Assembly (NCBI GenBank): GCA_951406725.2
Contig: OX597828.1
Coordinates: 29,822,001-29,886,000, forward strand
Origin: Octopus vulgaris
Taxonomy: Eukaryota
DNA length: 64,000 nt
Direction of reading: 5' to 3'
The number at the start of each line of letters is the position of its first letter. Position 1 is the first letter of the stretch. Positions 1-12,065 of the stretch are shown here, one piece after another. The notes beneath the pieces were generated by a model, which was not told where the DNA came from, ran no database searches, and saw only the letters and a list, made by a program, of their open reading frames with translations. The translations under genes were made by a program, and so were the position numbers.

Positions 1-155
1 GGCCCCAGTTTGTAACTGGTACTTAATTTATCGACACCGAAAGGATGAAAGGCAAAGTCGACCTCGGCGGAATTTGAACTCACAACGTCTACGCAGACGA
101 AATACCGCTAAGCATTTAACCCGGGGTGCTAACGTTTCTGCCAGCTCGCCGCCTT
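1..155 (-). mobile_element. tRNA-derived SINE, family A (cut by window edge)
   Basis: Reverse complement reads GGCGGCGAGCTGGCAGAAACGTTAGCAC...GAGTTCAAATTCCGCCGAGGTCGACTTTGCCTTTCATCC, with a B-box-like GTTCAAATTC; about 10 similar copies in the window. Confidence 0.85.
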
Positions 156-522
156 CAATAATACTGGCAGCAGTAACCAGAGCAGCTGCGCTGATAAGAT
201 TGATCTATAATAATGTTAATAATTGTTATCATGTTAATAATTCTGAAGTAAATGATAAAGATTTCAAGTTTTAATTATGATAATGATGAAGAAGGGAGAA
301 TGACAATGGAAATTATGATGGTGATGATATTTAAATAGTTGTTATCCCATCCAGGGCAGCAAGGGAGGGAGTTTGCTTCATCCATTTAATATCATACTAT
401 CGTATTTATGCAGATCATCCGTGTACACTTGCATACAAACAAACATAAATGCACGCCCTTGCGCGCATATACACGCATCGCCTGTTTACAACATATACGC
501 TAGATAAAAACGCCATACATGC

Positions 523-586
<64 letters not shown>

Positions 587-2817
587 ATGTGTGTGTCTCA
601 GTACCTGGAAGTATTGAACCCGAGACTCCCTTCATGGTGCAGTTTAAAGTCATACCCAAGTCATACACACCACGACATTACATACATACATACATGCATA
701 CATACATACATAGACTGAGTGAGTGCGTGCATATGAACATATATAAATGAAAGAGTGCATATTTCTGCCTTTATGTGCAAAAACTTATTAAACTGATCGA
801 CTCTCGTTTGCAAATATGTGTGAAAACCTTATTACATTTGTAATTAGTTGCAAATCACACAAACACCCATTGAACTCGTAGCAAAAATAAAAAGATCCTT
901 GCTCGGATGTATGTGGCATACTTTTGCACCGATTATAATGGTTTAGTTAAATTTACTTACGCCCATAAACACATACACACTGACGGTTATTTGCACACTC
1001 ACAGCCATAGAATCACCCATGAAATACATACGGGAATACGAAAATACATACATTAACACTCTTACACAGATTTTAGCTTAAATTTATGATTGTGAAATTT
1101 GTTAATGGGGATCAATGATAAAGGTGAAAAAAACCATTTTCTTCCAAACCAAATCAGTTTTAAAATAAGTGTCTATTTTGAGAAAAGAAGGGCGAAACCA
1201 AAATACATTATAGATGATAACATTTCTAAACCTCATATCTTGTGGCCAATGGTATATAGGAAAAAATATATAGCTTCCGGCAAACTGAGATATCAACGTT
1301 CTTTAATGAACAGTAGAGACTTTTTCAGTTCACGTATGCCTTTAATACTGTTTGGAAAATACTGAATGAACAGCGCGACATAACATTACCCGTCTTTCAA
1401 AATACCGGTTAATAGTGCATAATTGAATGAAACCATTATTTTATGGAAACAGTCTGTAGAGTTATGGAAATGTTTCAACACTAATATACGGTAGTTTTGT
1501 CTAGTATTGATCCGATACATCAACTCCTACATACCTTGTATTTTTCTGTTGAGGAAAAAATATATATTCTGTCTGTAACCCATTCGCTTCTATCTAAAGT
1601 ACAATTTATTTCAAGTAGTCTGCAGCTAGGTAAAAATCTCCTTTGTCAATTACTTCCACGGAATATTTTCGCTTAAACTTAGTTATTCTTGCCCAGATCT
1701 CACTTCTCCAAACTTTACATCCAATATTTGTAGCTTTCTGAAGTTTTTTCAGCTACCAGCAACTTAATTATATCGTTTTCAGTATTGAAAACATTTATTT
1801 TAAATCCTCGTTATCTGTCCCCATCTTTCTGTAACCATTAGCTTTCGCATTTCTTCGGGACTGACAATGATTTTCTGAAGTAGTTGGCATCCTGGACTAT
1901 CTGTAACAGCTTCCTTACATATTTATATGATTGACCCTCATACGGATGTTAAAAACATACTCGAGAAAGACCAATGATCATTTCTAATTCTAATATTTAA
2001 TCTGCCAAACATAATCGTAAGACTAATCGTAAGACTAATCGAAGCAATACTTTTTTCTTATAGATCAACTCTCTCTCTCTCTTTGAATGCCTAGAATATC
2101 CGGTCGAAGTTACACCGACAACACTTTGCATCAAATGTTTTGCACCTATTATCAAACCATACATATACCAATAAATGAAACTACGCACATAAGTATGTCG
2201 GTCGGTTAAACTATGGATGAAGACATTTGTTCGAAACGTCTCGATGTAGGCAACCACTTACCCTCTCCGTCAGGTATTTATCCAATGCCATCCAGTTTGT
2301 TGCACGATTATACAGAGATCAATGGACAGATTCGTACATCTTTCAGTGTGTTGTAATGAAACTCACAATTACTTTTCAGAAGCCGCCTGTTTTCAATCTT
2401 CATCGAAAAGGTTTGCATCAGAAACAGACACAGACACAATATTTTTAAATCGCTTTCTTATAGATTCCATTATGCATGTAGAAACGAGCCCCTTCCTGAC
2501 ATCTAGTCCGATTAATATGACTCCTCGATACGTACAGAGAACCGGAAACAATAACGAACAAATGACATTTCTCTAGCAAATTAGTAGACTTCCCTTCAAC
2601 ATGTACTAATGTATCTTATCATTAAATATTTCATTCTGTACAAGAACCTAGTAGAATATATTTAGATACACCACAAACTACGCAATAGTGCAGCTGAATA
2701 GTCCATATTTAAGAGGACAATATATTTTGAATTCAACAATTTCTGACAGCCAAATGTGATAGCAGCAATTCTTGCTGTCACAAACTGTATTTCAAAGGAA
2801 ACCTTGTTAGTATCAAC

Positions 2818-2848
<31 letters not shown>

Positions 2849-3544
2849 TGTGTGATTGCATATTTATAAGAAAATATAAACATTTATATATTTTTATGCA
2901 TATGTAGCCATATGCGTGTATATATGTAGCAATATAATACAGACGGGATCAAATATATCTCGGCAAATTAATTAGAAGTACCTACGTGTTTCTTTGGCAA
3001 AACAGCTCACTTAGAAAAATTCCTGGTAATTTGACAGAGCTATTCAGCAATCCATAAGAAAGTATGTACCCACACACAGACACGAACACACATAAACACA
3101 CACATGCACAGAAACACACACACACACATAAACACACACAAACGTGTGTGTATGTGTGTGTTTGTACATATATACACAAATATATGAATTGTCAACAATA
3201 TCCGAAGAATATTTACCAATGCTTTCTATTAACTGCTTATTAACAGTGCATCTAACCTCAAGACAGAATTAATTCTTTTTAATGCTTTAATGGTTTAGAT
3301 CTGAAGTACTTTCACGTACACAAAAAAAACCTACGAAGCAAATAAAACAACACTGCGTTTTATGCTTTCTCTGTGGTTTAGTTGTTGTTTTTTTTCTCCC
3401 CCAATGTGTCAGCCATTTAGTGTGTCATGATGTCTGCCCTCAGTTATTTAGTTTTCATTAACACATTTTCTGTGTTTTAATTTGTTATTCTCTTCCTCTG
3501 AGTTCCAACGCAAACATATCTCATATTCATCCACCTGCTTTTCT

Positions 3545-3790
3545 ATTTCTATGCTCTACCGGTTTCAGTCATTTGACTGCGGCCATGCTGGGGCCTTCAA
3601 AAGTTTCAGTCGAACGAATCGACCACAGACCTTACTTATATTTTAAAGCCTACTACTTACTGTATTAGTCACTTTTGCCGAACCGCTAAGTTACATGGAC
3701 TTAAACACACCAACAGTTGTCAAGTGGTGGAGAGTGACAAACGCAGACATAAAGAAACACACATGCATACATAGACACACACATACACAC

Positions 3791-3826
<36 letters not shown>

Positions 3827-3985
3827 GACAGGCTTCGTTCAGTTTCTGCCAAATCCACTCACAAGGATTTGGTCACCCCGGCGTTACGGTAGGAGATACT
3901 TGTGCAAGGTGCCAAGCGGTGGGACTGAAGCCAAAACCTTGTGGTGGAGAAGCAAGCTTCTTACCACACAGCCACGTCAGTGCCT
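3545..3985 (-). mobile_element. tRNA-derived SINE, family B, with internal (TA)n/(TG)n tract
   Basis: Colinear with copies at 20663-21048, 34927-35377 and 43801-44180: head TGGCTGTGTGGTAAG...TTCAGTCCCAC, tail CCAGCATGGCCGCAGTCAAATGACTGAAAC. Confidence 0.85.
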
Positions 3986-4277
3986 ATGCTTACATATACG
4001 CCTGCATGCATACATACCAACATACATACAAACCTGCATACATACACACACACACATACACATGTATATGATGTTTTATTACAGTCGAAACTGTTGAACA
4101 AATTGAATTTCACTCCGGTTTGAAGATCAGTTACATGAAAATTGGAGTAAAAGTGTGAGATATTTTTCAGCAAGCAGAAAACGCTTTCGTTCAATCTAGC
4201 ATTGGTTTTACTAGTACCATTTTCTCCAACTTATTTTTCACGTACGATCGCACATTTCTCTCTTTGTCTGTGTGTCT

Positions 4278-4317
<40 letters not shown>

Positions 4318-4666
4318 GCTCTCTCATTCTGTCTCTGTCTCTCTGTCTCTCTCCCTCACACACACAATATATAGAAGAATAAAACAGTAGATGAAAAAAT
4401 AAAGATACTAGAATAAAGTTCTCAGTTCATCTTATTCCGGTGGGTATGGAGGGTGGTCAGTATTTCCGTGAAGGTCTGGCCTCACAAGTATAAACCCAGC
4501 TAAATCCAGACGGTATTCTGAGCGATGTATTCAGACTGGAGAAAGTGATTAAGTAGGTTGCGTATAAGAAAAATGACCCGCATGAGTTTATTGTTGACCC
4601 ACTACCTGAGACATCTCAGAAACAGCTATAACACATTAATCAATACTACTTCGCCATTTTGGACTC

Positions 4667-4698
<32 letters not shown>

Positions 4699-4840
4699 GT
4701 GAATGAATTATCCTATGTTTATCGTCAGCATGGAAAATTCGTTGAACCGATACCAGGGTAGCAAATTCACGTCAGAAACACGGTTGAAGCGACCTGTCCA
4801 AGGGTAGAAAATCCGGGTTCATGTGCAGAAATTTGTGTGT

Positions 4841-5009
4841 TATATATGAATAAATGAAAGAATGGAGTCGAACGAAGATGTTAACAAAATTCCTTTACTC
4901 TCGACATTCCTTTGGAATGAAAGCATGTTGTCTTCGAAACATATGTCGAGAGTAAAGGAATTTTGTTAACATCTTCGTTCGACTGCATTCTTTCATTTAT
5001 TCATATATA
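4841..5009. repeat. Near-perfect palindrome (67-bp arms, 35-bp loop) of a Penelope-like terminal repeat
   Basis: Arms 4841-4907 and 4943-5009 are reverse complements with one mismatch. Contains GTCTTCGAAACATATGTCGA, also present at 50274-50294 (-) and 62781-62800 (+, downstream of a GIY-YIG fragment). Confidence 0.8.
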
Positions 5010-5424
5010 TATATCAGAAAAAGAATGACTTCACTGGTAGTTCTAATCAGTTGAACTTATTATTTAAAATAATTTTTTGATAATATAAATTTTACACTTT
5101 AGTTCATTGATCTATGAATTAGACGATATATGACTATAATTAAACTAAATTAAACTCAACAGCACAAGCGCGTGTACTCGGGTCCTGCAGAGATGGTGTT
5201 AATGATTGAAACCGATCAGACCTATCGTTGTATCCCCCCTACCGATGGATTGCATTAAAACACAGAAGTTTTTAATTACCTTCCGTATTTAATTTGCCAG
5301 CTTATACTTACAGTGACATCTAAAATTTAAGTTTGCTCCAACTTAATCTAACACACACACTCATGCACACAGATGCCCATGTATGTATGCATAATACATA
5401 CATACATGCATGCATGAAAATATA

Positions 5425-6609
5425 CATAGTCACTCATAATAAAAAAAAGGTGTATTGGCAGAATTTTCCAGTGAAAACCTGAATAAAATGTAAGCATAAT
5501 ATACGTGGAACTGTTGAAAACAGAATAAGATCCAATGCAACATGCAAGATTTCCCATAGGTCTTTAAGTAAAATGAAGTGAAGCATCGGAAAAAAACGCA
5601 ATGATCACCAGAAAGGAGTTGCAAAAAGGTTTGTTAGCTTCAGGGACTAGTGTTGCACTGTAAACAATCAGCAATGAACTTCATAGTAATGAACTGAAGT
5701 CACGCTCTCTTAGAAAAACTCTGCTGTTGACTAAAAGGCATAGAGATGCCCGTTTAAAATTTGTTTATGAACATAAAGATAAACCTGATACATTCTGGGT
5801 AAATGTTCTATGGACAAACGAGTCGAAAATTGAATTGTTTGGAGGAAGTTCGCGTTGCCATGTCTGGAGGAAAGATGGTACTGCCTATTCGCTGAAAAAC
5901 ACAATTCCTACCATAAAATTTGGAGGTGGTAACATCATGGTGTGTGTGTGTGTGGGTGTCTCTGCAAACGGCACTGGCAATTTACATGTGATAGAGGGTG
6001 GAATGAATGCAGAGATGTACCAAAATATTTTGAACAATAATTTATGGAACTCTGTAGAAACGCTCCAGCTTTGTGAAGGGTGGGTTTTACAATAGGATAA
6101 CGACCCTAAGCACACGGCGAAGTCTACCAAAAATTGGATTGTCGATCACAATAAAAAATTATTAGAATGGCCAAGCCAGTCACCTGACTTGAACCCCATT
6201 GAAAATTTGTGGCGTTATTTGAAAATTAAAATTCATTCAAGAGCCCCAACGTGCATTCTAGATTTGAGGAAAATTTGTCAAGAAGAATGGGAAAAAATCC
6301 TAAAGAAACATGAGATTCAGTGATTAAGAACTACAAGAAGACATTTGTTGAAGTGGAACTGAATAATGGTTATGCTACGAAGCATTAAATCAGAATTATC
6401 AGTTATTTATGTTTTGGACGAATACTTTTTTCACCCCTAAATATTTATAATTGTATATAAATTGTAACTATGATTTATTAGTTTCTTTTGCATATTCTTA
6501 GTTTATGCATATGTATGCAAATATAGTATTGGTATATCCCATTTATGTTCATTAGAAATTAGATAGATAAAGAATTTCGACATATACGAATATTTATTTT
6601 CCCCCACTG
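5425..6609 (+). mobile_element. Tc1-family DNA transposon, 5'-truncated, pseudogenised DD34E transposase
   Basis: Translations RHRDARLKF, VLWTNESKIELFG (first D mutated to N), [32 protein letters not shown], ending GYATKH* at 6388. Right end ...CCCCCACTG followed by TA at 6610-6611. No matching left TIR found. Confidence 0.92.
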
Positions 6610-7059
6610 TATATAAATGTATGTGTGTGGGTGTAGGTGTGGCGAGTGTAGGTATGAGAAGAGACGCTTATAAAATGATAAGCAGAGAAATGAAGACCGA
6701 CAAAGACGTAGAGAAATCACATAGGAACTCGGCTCTCTAGGAATTTACGTAAGAGAATTAATATCCTGAATGATTTGCAATGCATTCAAAGGTCTTTGGT
6801 TTTTGGTACAAGAGAACTAAATGCTGATAACAATAGCAGGGCATATGAGTTGAAAAATAAATAGAAAATTATAAAACATTGTAGCAAAATAATAATGCAT
6901 TGATGATTGCTGGAGTGATTCCCGAGCAATAACAATGATTGTACATATATATATGCATATAAATATGCGATTCACTCAAACACACAGACACACAGACAGA
7001 CACACACGCACATACTCTCACTCACACACGCACATATACACAGTCATATGCATATAACA

Positions 7060-7061
<2 letters not shown>

Positions 7062-7111
<50 letters not shown>

Positions 7112-7136
7112 CTGTATGAATGTATATATATGCATG

Positions 7137-7174
<38 letters not shown>

Positions 7175-7230
7175 TATATATATATATGTGTATATATGTA
7201 TATATGTATGTATATATATATATGTGTGTG

Positions 7231-7278
<48 letters not shown>

Positions 7279-7385
7279 AATATATAAACGCAATTAAATA
7301 TGAATTCTTTCATATTTTTTAAAATAACGATAATAATAACAGCAGCAACAACAATACTAATAGTAATAATAATAATAATAACAAC

Positions 7386-7436
<51 letters not shown>

Positions 7437-7441
7437 GATAC

Positions 7442-7516
<75 letters not shown>

Positions 7517-7545
7517 GAAGAAGAAGAAGAAGAAGAAGAAAGGAG
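7062..7545. repeat. Compound microsatellite (TA)n, then (TAA)n(GAA)n
   Basis: Seen directly; explains the poly-IY, poly-I and poly-L ORFs here. Confidence 0.95.
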
Positions 7546-8372
7546 AAGAATGAAAATTAGAATGATGGTACACGTAATGTAATAATAAATCGGAAAATAA
7601 AATTCAATAAGTGTAATTAAGTTTTGAAATGTTTTTCAGTATGTAGAGATCTGTATTAATAAGTCGAATAATATAAATTATGAAAGAGGATATATGTAAT
7701 ATTAGAAGAATGGAAGGTAAATACAGCAGCAACATCAAGAACTACGATTAAAAAAGAAACAGAAACAAAACAACGAGTGAAAATTATGTGTATATATTTC
7801 CATTATTTGAATGTTTTACGAGGGAAAACTGTAATGAAAAGAGAGAAGTGAGTCAGAATATAGAGATAATGCAAACCCAACCGCCAAAACAAAAAGCAAA
7901 AGTAAAAAAAAAAGACATAGTAGTGGAAGCTGAAGGAGAAGAGATAAAGAGAAAGAAATAGAGAGAAACGGGGAAAGAGTGATGCGGTGAGAGAGACAGG
8001 ATTGATTAGAGAGGTGAAGAGAGAGGAAAAGAGAGAAGGCGAAGGAGATGGAAATGAGTAGAAAAGCTTTTATGCATTAATACATTACAAAAGGAAAAAT
8101 GTGAGTACATAAAAATTAAGAGTACAAAAGTAAATTACCAGTAATAAGTAATTATTATTATTAACAGTGACAACAACAACAACATCAACAATAAATATTA
8201 ATAGCAGCGAGAACAACAATGGTAATACTTACTAATATCATTTTATCTGTTATGTTTCTTGTTGTTGTTCATAATCAGTATTTATGGTAGAAAGTCTCCT
8301 CCTTTCCACATCATCATCATCATTGCTGTTGCTGTTGCTGTTGCTGTTGTTGTTATTATTATTATTATTATG

Positions 8373-8583
8373 AAGGTGGCGAGCTGGCAGAATCGTTAGC
8401 ACGCTGGACGAAATGCATAGCAGCATTTCGTCTGTCTTCATGTTCTGAGTTCAAATTCGTCCGAGGTCGACTTTACCGTTCATCCTTTCGGAGTCGATAA
8501 ATTAAGTACCAGTGAAACATTGGGGTTGATGAAATCGATTATCCCTCCCCCAAATTTAAGGCCTTTTGGCTATAGCAGAAAGG

Positions 8584-8585
<2 letters not shown>
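8373..8585 (+). mobile_element. SINE family A, tail type 1, followed by (TTA)n
   Basis: AAGGTGGCGAGCTGGCAGAATCGTTAGCACG...TTCATCCTTTCGGAGTCGATAAATTAAGTACCAGT...CCCTCCCCCAAATTT. Confidence 0.85.
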
Positions 8586-8670
<85 letters not shown>

Positions 8671-8678
8671 ATTATTAT

Positions 8679-10393
8679 TCAGTAGTTTTATTTTTATAGC
8701 GTGCTTTCACTTCACTACCGAGCGCAGCTCTGTGTGCCTTGGGTATGTGCTGTGATTTGTTGTGATGCTCTGATGGTTATTGTATGGAAAGTGTTCTGCG
8801 TAGGATATTTTTTTATCATGCTAATGCACCTACTATGATAGGAATTGTTTCTATTTTCAGATTCCACATTCTAGTTATCTCTATTTCCAGGTCTTTGTAT
8901 TTTGAGAGTTTGTCCATTTCTTTCGTTGTCATCTGTTTTCTGTGACCTTTTCTGGTGTGTGCCTATACCATCTTTTTTCTGTTGTTATTCCATAAATCTT
9001 TTTCTGTTGGCATAGCTTCCAATGTATGTAAGTTCCAACTCTGTCATGTCTGTGAATATATTCCTTCTTAGCCAGGACTGGGCAGCTAGAGATAATATGA
9101 TTTATTGTTTCTTGTCCATCTCCACATATTCTGCAGTTACTTGTAATATTTCTTTTCATTACATGGTTTTGGTAATTTCTGGTGGGGAGGCTTTGGTCTT
9201 GTGCTGCAATTAAAAATCCCTCTGTTTCTGCTTTGAGTCCTGAGCTTCTCAACCATTGCTGGGATTTTTCTTTGTCTATTTCTTTTGCGTTTAGTTTAGT
9301 GCAGTATTTACCATGAAGGGGCTTTTCTTTCCATCGTTTTATCATGGTTCGTTGCTGTTCTATTTTTAGTTTGGATTTCATTTGTTTTATAGCTTTTGTT
9401 GTTTCTCCATCTTCTTCTTCTTCTTCATGTTTATTAGGTGGTATGATTTCTTGTTTGTATTTGTCAGCTTCCTTAAATACTGAGAACAGTCTTTTGTTTT
9501 GCTCGTGTTTTGCTGCTATCTGGATCAGTTTTCCTTCCTTCTGAAGTAGATATTTTTGCAGTCCTATGGTGGTTATTTTATAGTAGTTTTCCAGCTGTAT
9601 AAGGCCTCTACCACCTTCTATACGTTGTATATATAGTCTTTCTATGTCAGATTTTGGGTGATGCATCCTAGATCCTGTCATTATTTTTCTTGTTTTCCTA
9701 TCTATTTTGGTCAGTTCATTTCGTGTCCAGTTAAGGATATTGTAGCTGTAACTTATAACTGGGACAGCTAAAGTGTTGATACCTATTATCTTGTTTTTAG
9801 CATTGAGCTCTGTGTTTAGTATTGATCTAACTCGTCTATAATATTCTTTTTTTATTTTCTCTTTCATTTGTGTGTGTTGTGTCTTATCTAGTTCATGGAT
9901 ACCTAAGTATTTGTAAGTTTGGCTTTGGTCTAATTCTTTTATTTCATTGGTTTTATCTAGTGTGATGTTGTTACTCTTAACTAGTTTTCCTCTTTTCATG
10001 GTTACTTTGGCGCATTTTTCTAATCCAAATTTCATATCTATTTCTTTGGTAAATCCATGAACTGTCTTTAATAGTGTTTCCAGCTGTTTGTCATTTGCAG
10101 CGTATAGTTTTAGGTCATCCATATATAAAAGGTGGCTGATCGTTTTGCCGTAACATTTATATCCGCATCCAGTTCTATTTAGCATATCAGATAGAGGTGA
10201 CAGTGCCAAGCAGAAAAGGAGTGGAGAGAGCGTGTCTCCCTGGAATATTCCTCTTCTAATGGGGATGTCTTTGGTTTTCATGAGTCCCTCTTTTGTTTGG
10301 AGGTGTAGGACTGTTTGCCATTTATTCATAGAGTGCTCTATGAATTTTATGATTGTTGGTGCTACTTTGTTAATGGCTAGTGTTTCGAGGATC
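8679..10393 (-). mobile_element. R4/Dong-type non-LTR retrotransposon, 5'-truncated, in a (TAA)n array
   Basis: ORF carries RT motifs GIFQGDTLSPLLF, HLLYMDDLKLY, FGLEKC, YKYLG and knuckle CRIC...ETINHIISSC. The 3'UTR ends ...AAAACTACTGA then (ATA)n. Microsatellite lies on both sides. Confidence 0.93.
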
Positions 10394-10395
10394 AA
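8929..10395 (-). pseudogene. Uninterrupted 488-aa RT + CCHC segment of the R4/Dong-type ORF; N-terminus and endonuclease core missing
   Basis: Supplied ORF has no internal stops. It is 5'-truncated, and a deletion near 8925 removes the LWD...PD..D region retained in the 36.8-kb copy. Confidence 0.9.
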
Positions 10396-10438
10396 ACGCC
10401 TTTTTGTAGTCGTTATTATTATTATTATTATTATTATT

Positions 10439-10527
<89 letters not shown>

Positions 10528-10531
<4 letters not shown>

Positions 10532-10855
10532 TAGTTTTATTTTTATAGCGTGCTTTCACTTCACTACCAAGCGCAGCTCTGTGTACCTTAGGTATGTGCT
10601 GTGATTTGTTGTGATGCTCTGATGGTTATTGTATGGAAAGTGTTGTGCTGTGATTTGTTGTGATGCTCTGATGGTTATTGTATGGAAAGTGCTCTGCGTA
10701 GGATGTGTGCAGTGCCTAGTAGTGCAATTTTCTGTATGTTATATGTGTTTGTAAGTCCTGGTGTTTTTGTTATGTATTTGTCTGAATATTGTTTTATCAT
10801 GCCTAATTCACCTACTATGATATGAATTGTTTCTGTTTTAAGATTCCACATTCTG

Positions 10856-10857
<2 letters not shown>
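10528..10857 (-). mobile_element. Short 3' fragment of the same R4/Dong subfamily, with a ~48-bp internal tandem duplication
   Basis: Same 3'UTR as the 8679 copy; encodes RMWNLKTETIHIIV...QKIALLGTAHILRRALSIQ; flanked by (TAA)n. Confidence 0.9.
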
Positions 10858-10899
<42 letters not shown>

Positions 10900-10980
10900 T
10901 ACTACTATTATTATTGTTTTTGTTATTATTATTATTATTATTATTACTACTATTATTATTGTTTTTGTTATTATTATTAA

Positions 10981-11047
<67 letters not shown>

Positions 11048-11049
11048 TA

Positions 11050-11413
11050 TATACTCTCAACTGATTAGACTGTTGGAAAAGAGAAGAATCCTAACATCGG
11101 GCTACAAGTAGTCTTAGATGCAAAGAACTCCCTATTGGGTTACAGCAAGTAACTTTAGATGCTAAGAACCCTCCTAAGTATCGTAGCTGACCCTAATAAC
11201 TCTGTTTTCTAGAGCTGTGCTTAACTGGGTTTTATTCCTATTTCCTCTATCCATCTGTTTAGACATTTAGGGATAGTTCGCAATGCCCCTAGAACTCCTG
11301 GGATACATTTTACCCCCACTTTGCATAGTCTCTGTAATTCAATGGCTAATTCAATGGATATTAAAGTTTCTAAATTTTTTAGTGATGTTTGTTTATATGT
11401 CCGATCAGGGACA
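11050..11413 (-). mobile_element. Diverged R4/Dong-type 3' fragment (different subfamily) between (TAA)n arrays
   Basis: Minus translation LAIELQRLCKVGVKCIPGVLGALRTIPKCLNRWIEEIGI...LLGSATILRRVLSI*. Confidence 0.8.
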
Positions 11414-11507
<94 letters not shown>

Positions 11508-11508
11508 T

Positions 11509-11546
<38 letters not shown>

Positions 11547-11879
11547 TTGGGTGGATGCGCTTCTTCTTTCTCCACTGGGCTTGTAATAATGTTTTGCCGC
11601 GTTTACTTTTCGGGCGATTAAGAAAGCGTAGATTTCGTCTTTACACCTGGAAAGAAACAAATAATGTCTGGTTTTAGGTATATTACAAGAAAACTGGAAA
11701 CAGGTTTATTTGTGTTTATGTTTCTCTTCCATCTGGCTTCATTCTAGCTGGAGCAGGGCAAAACTATACAAAGTAAAATAATTTTGAAGATAAAGAAGGG
11801 GACAACATATTCTAATGAATGGGCGAAAACATATGTTACGTCAAATGAGAGATAATAATGTAGACGTTAAACGACACGA

Positions 11880-12065
11880 CATATTTATCCCCGCACCATA
11901 TTCTGACAACCGATGTTGGTGTGTTTACGTCCCCGTAAATTAGCGGTTCGGCAAATGAAGACGATGGAAAAAGAACTAGGCTTACAAAAGGAAAAGTCTT
12001 GGGTTCGTTCACTACGACTAAAGACGGTGTTCCAGCATGGCCACAGTCAAATGACTGAAACAAAT
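11880..12065 (+). mobile_element. SINE family B, 3' half
   Basis: GACAACCGATGTTGGTGTGTTTACGTCCCCG...CCAGCATGGCCACAGTCAAATGACTGAAACAA. Confidence 0.8.

Noticed and set aside
5309-5345. TA-CAGTG as the left TIR of the Tc1
   Set aside because: Only CAGTG matches the right TIR, and spacing to the ORF is too short.
11545-11665. Good minus-strand splice acceptor (TTTGTTTCTTTCCAG) followed by a short open frame
   Set aside because: Runs into (TTA)n with no convincing donor or recognisable peptide.
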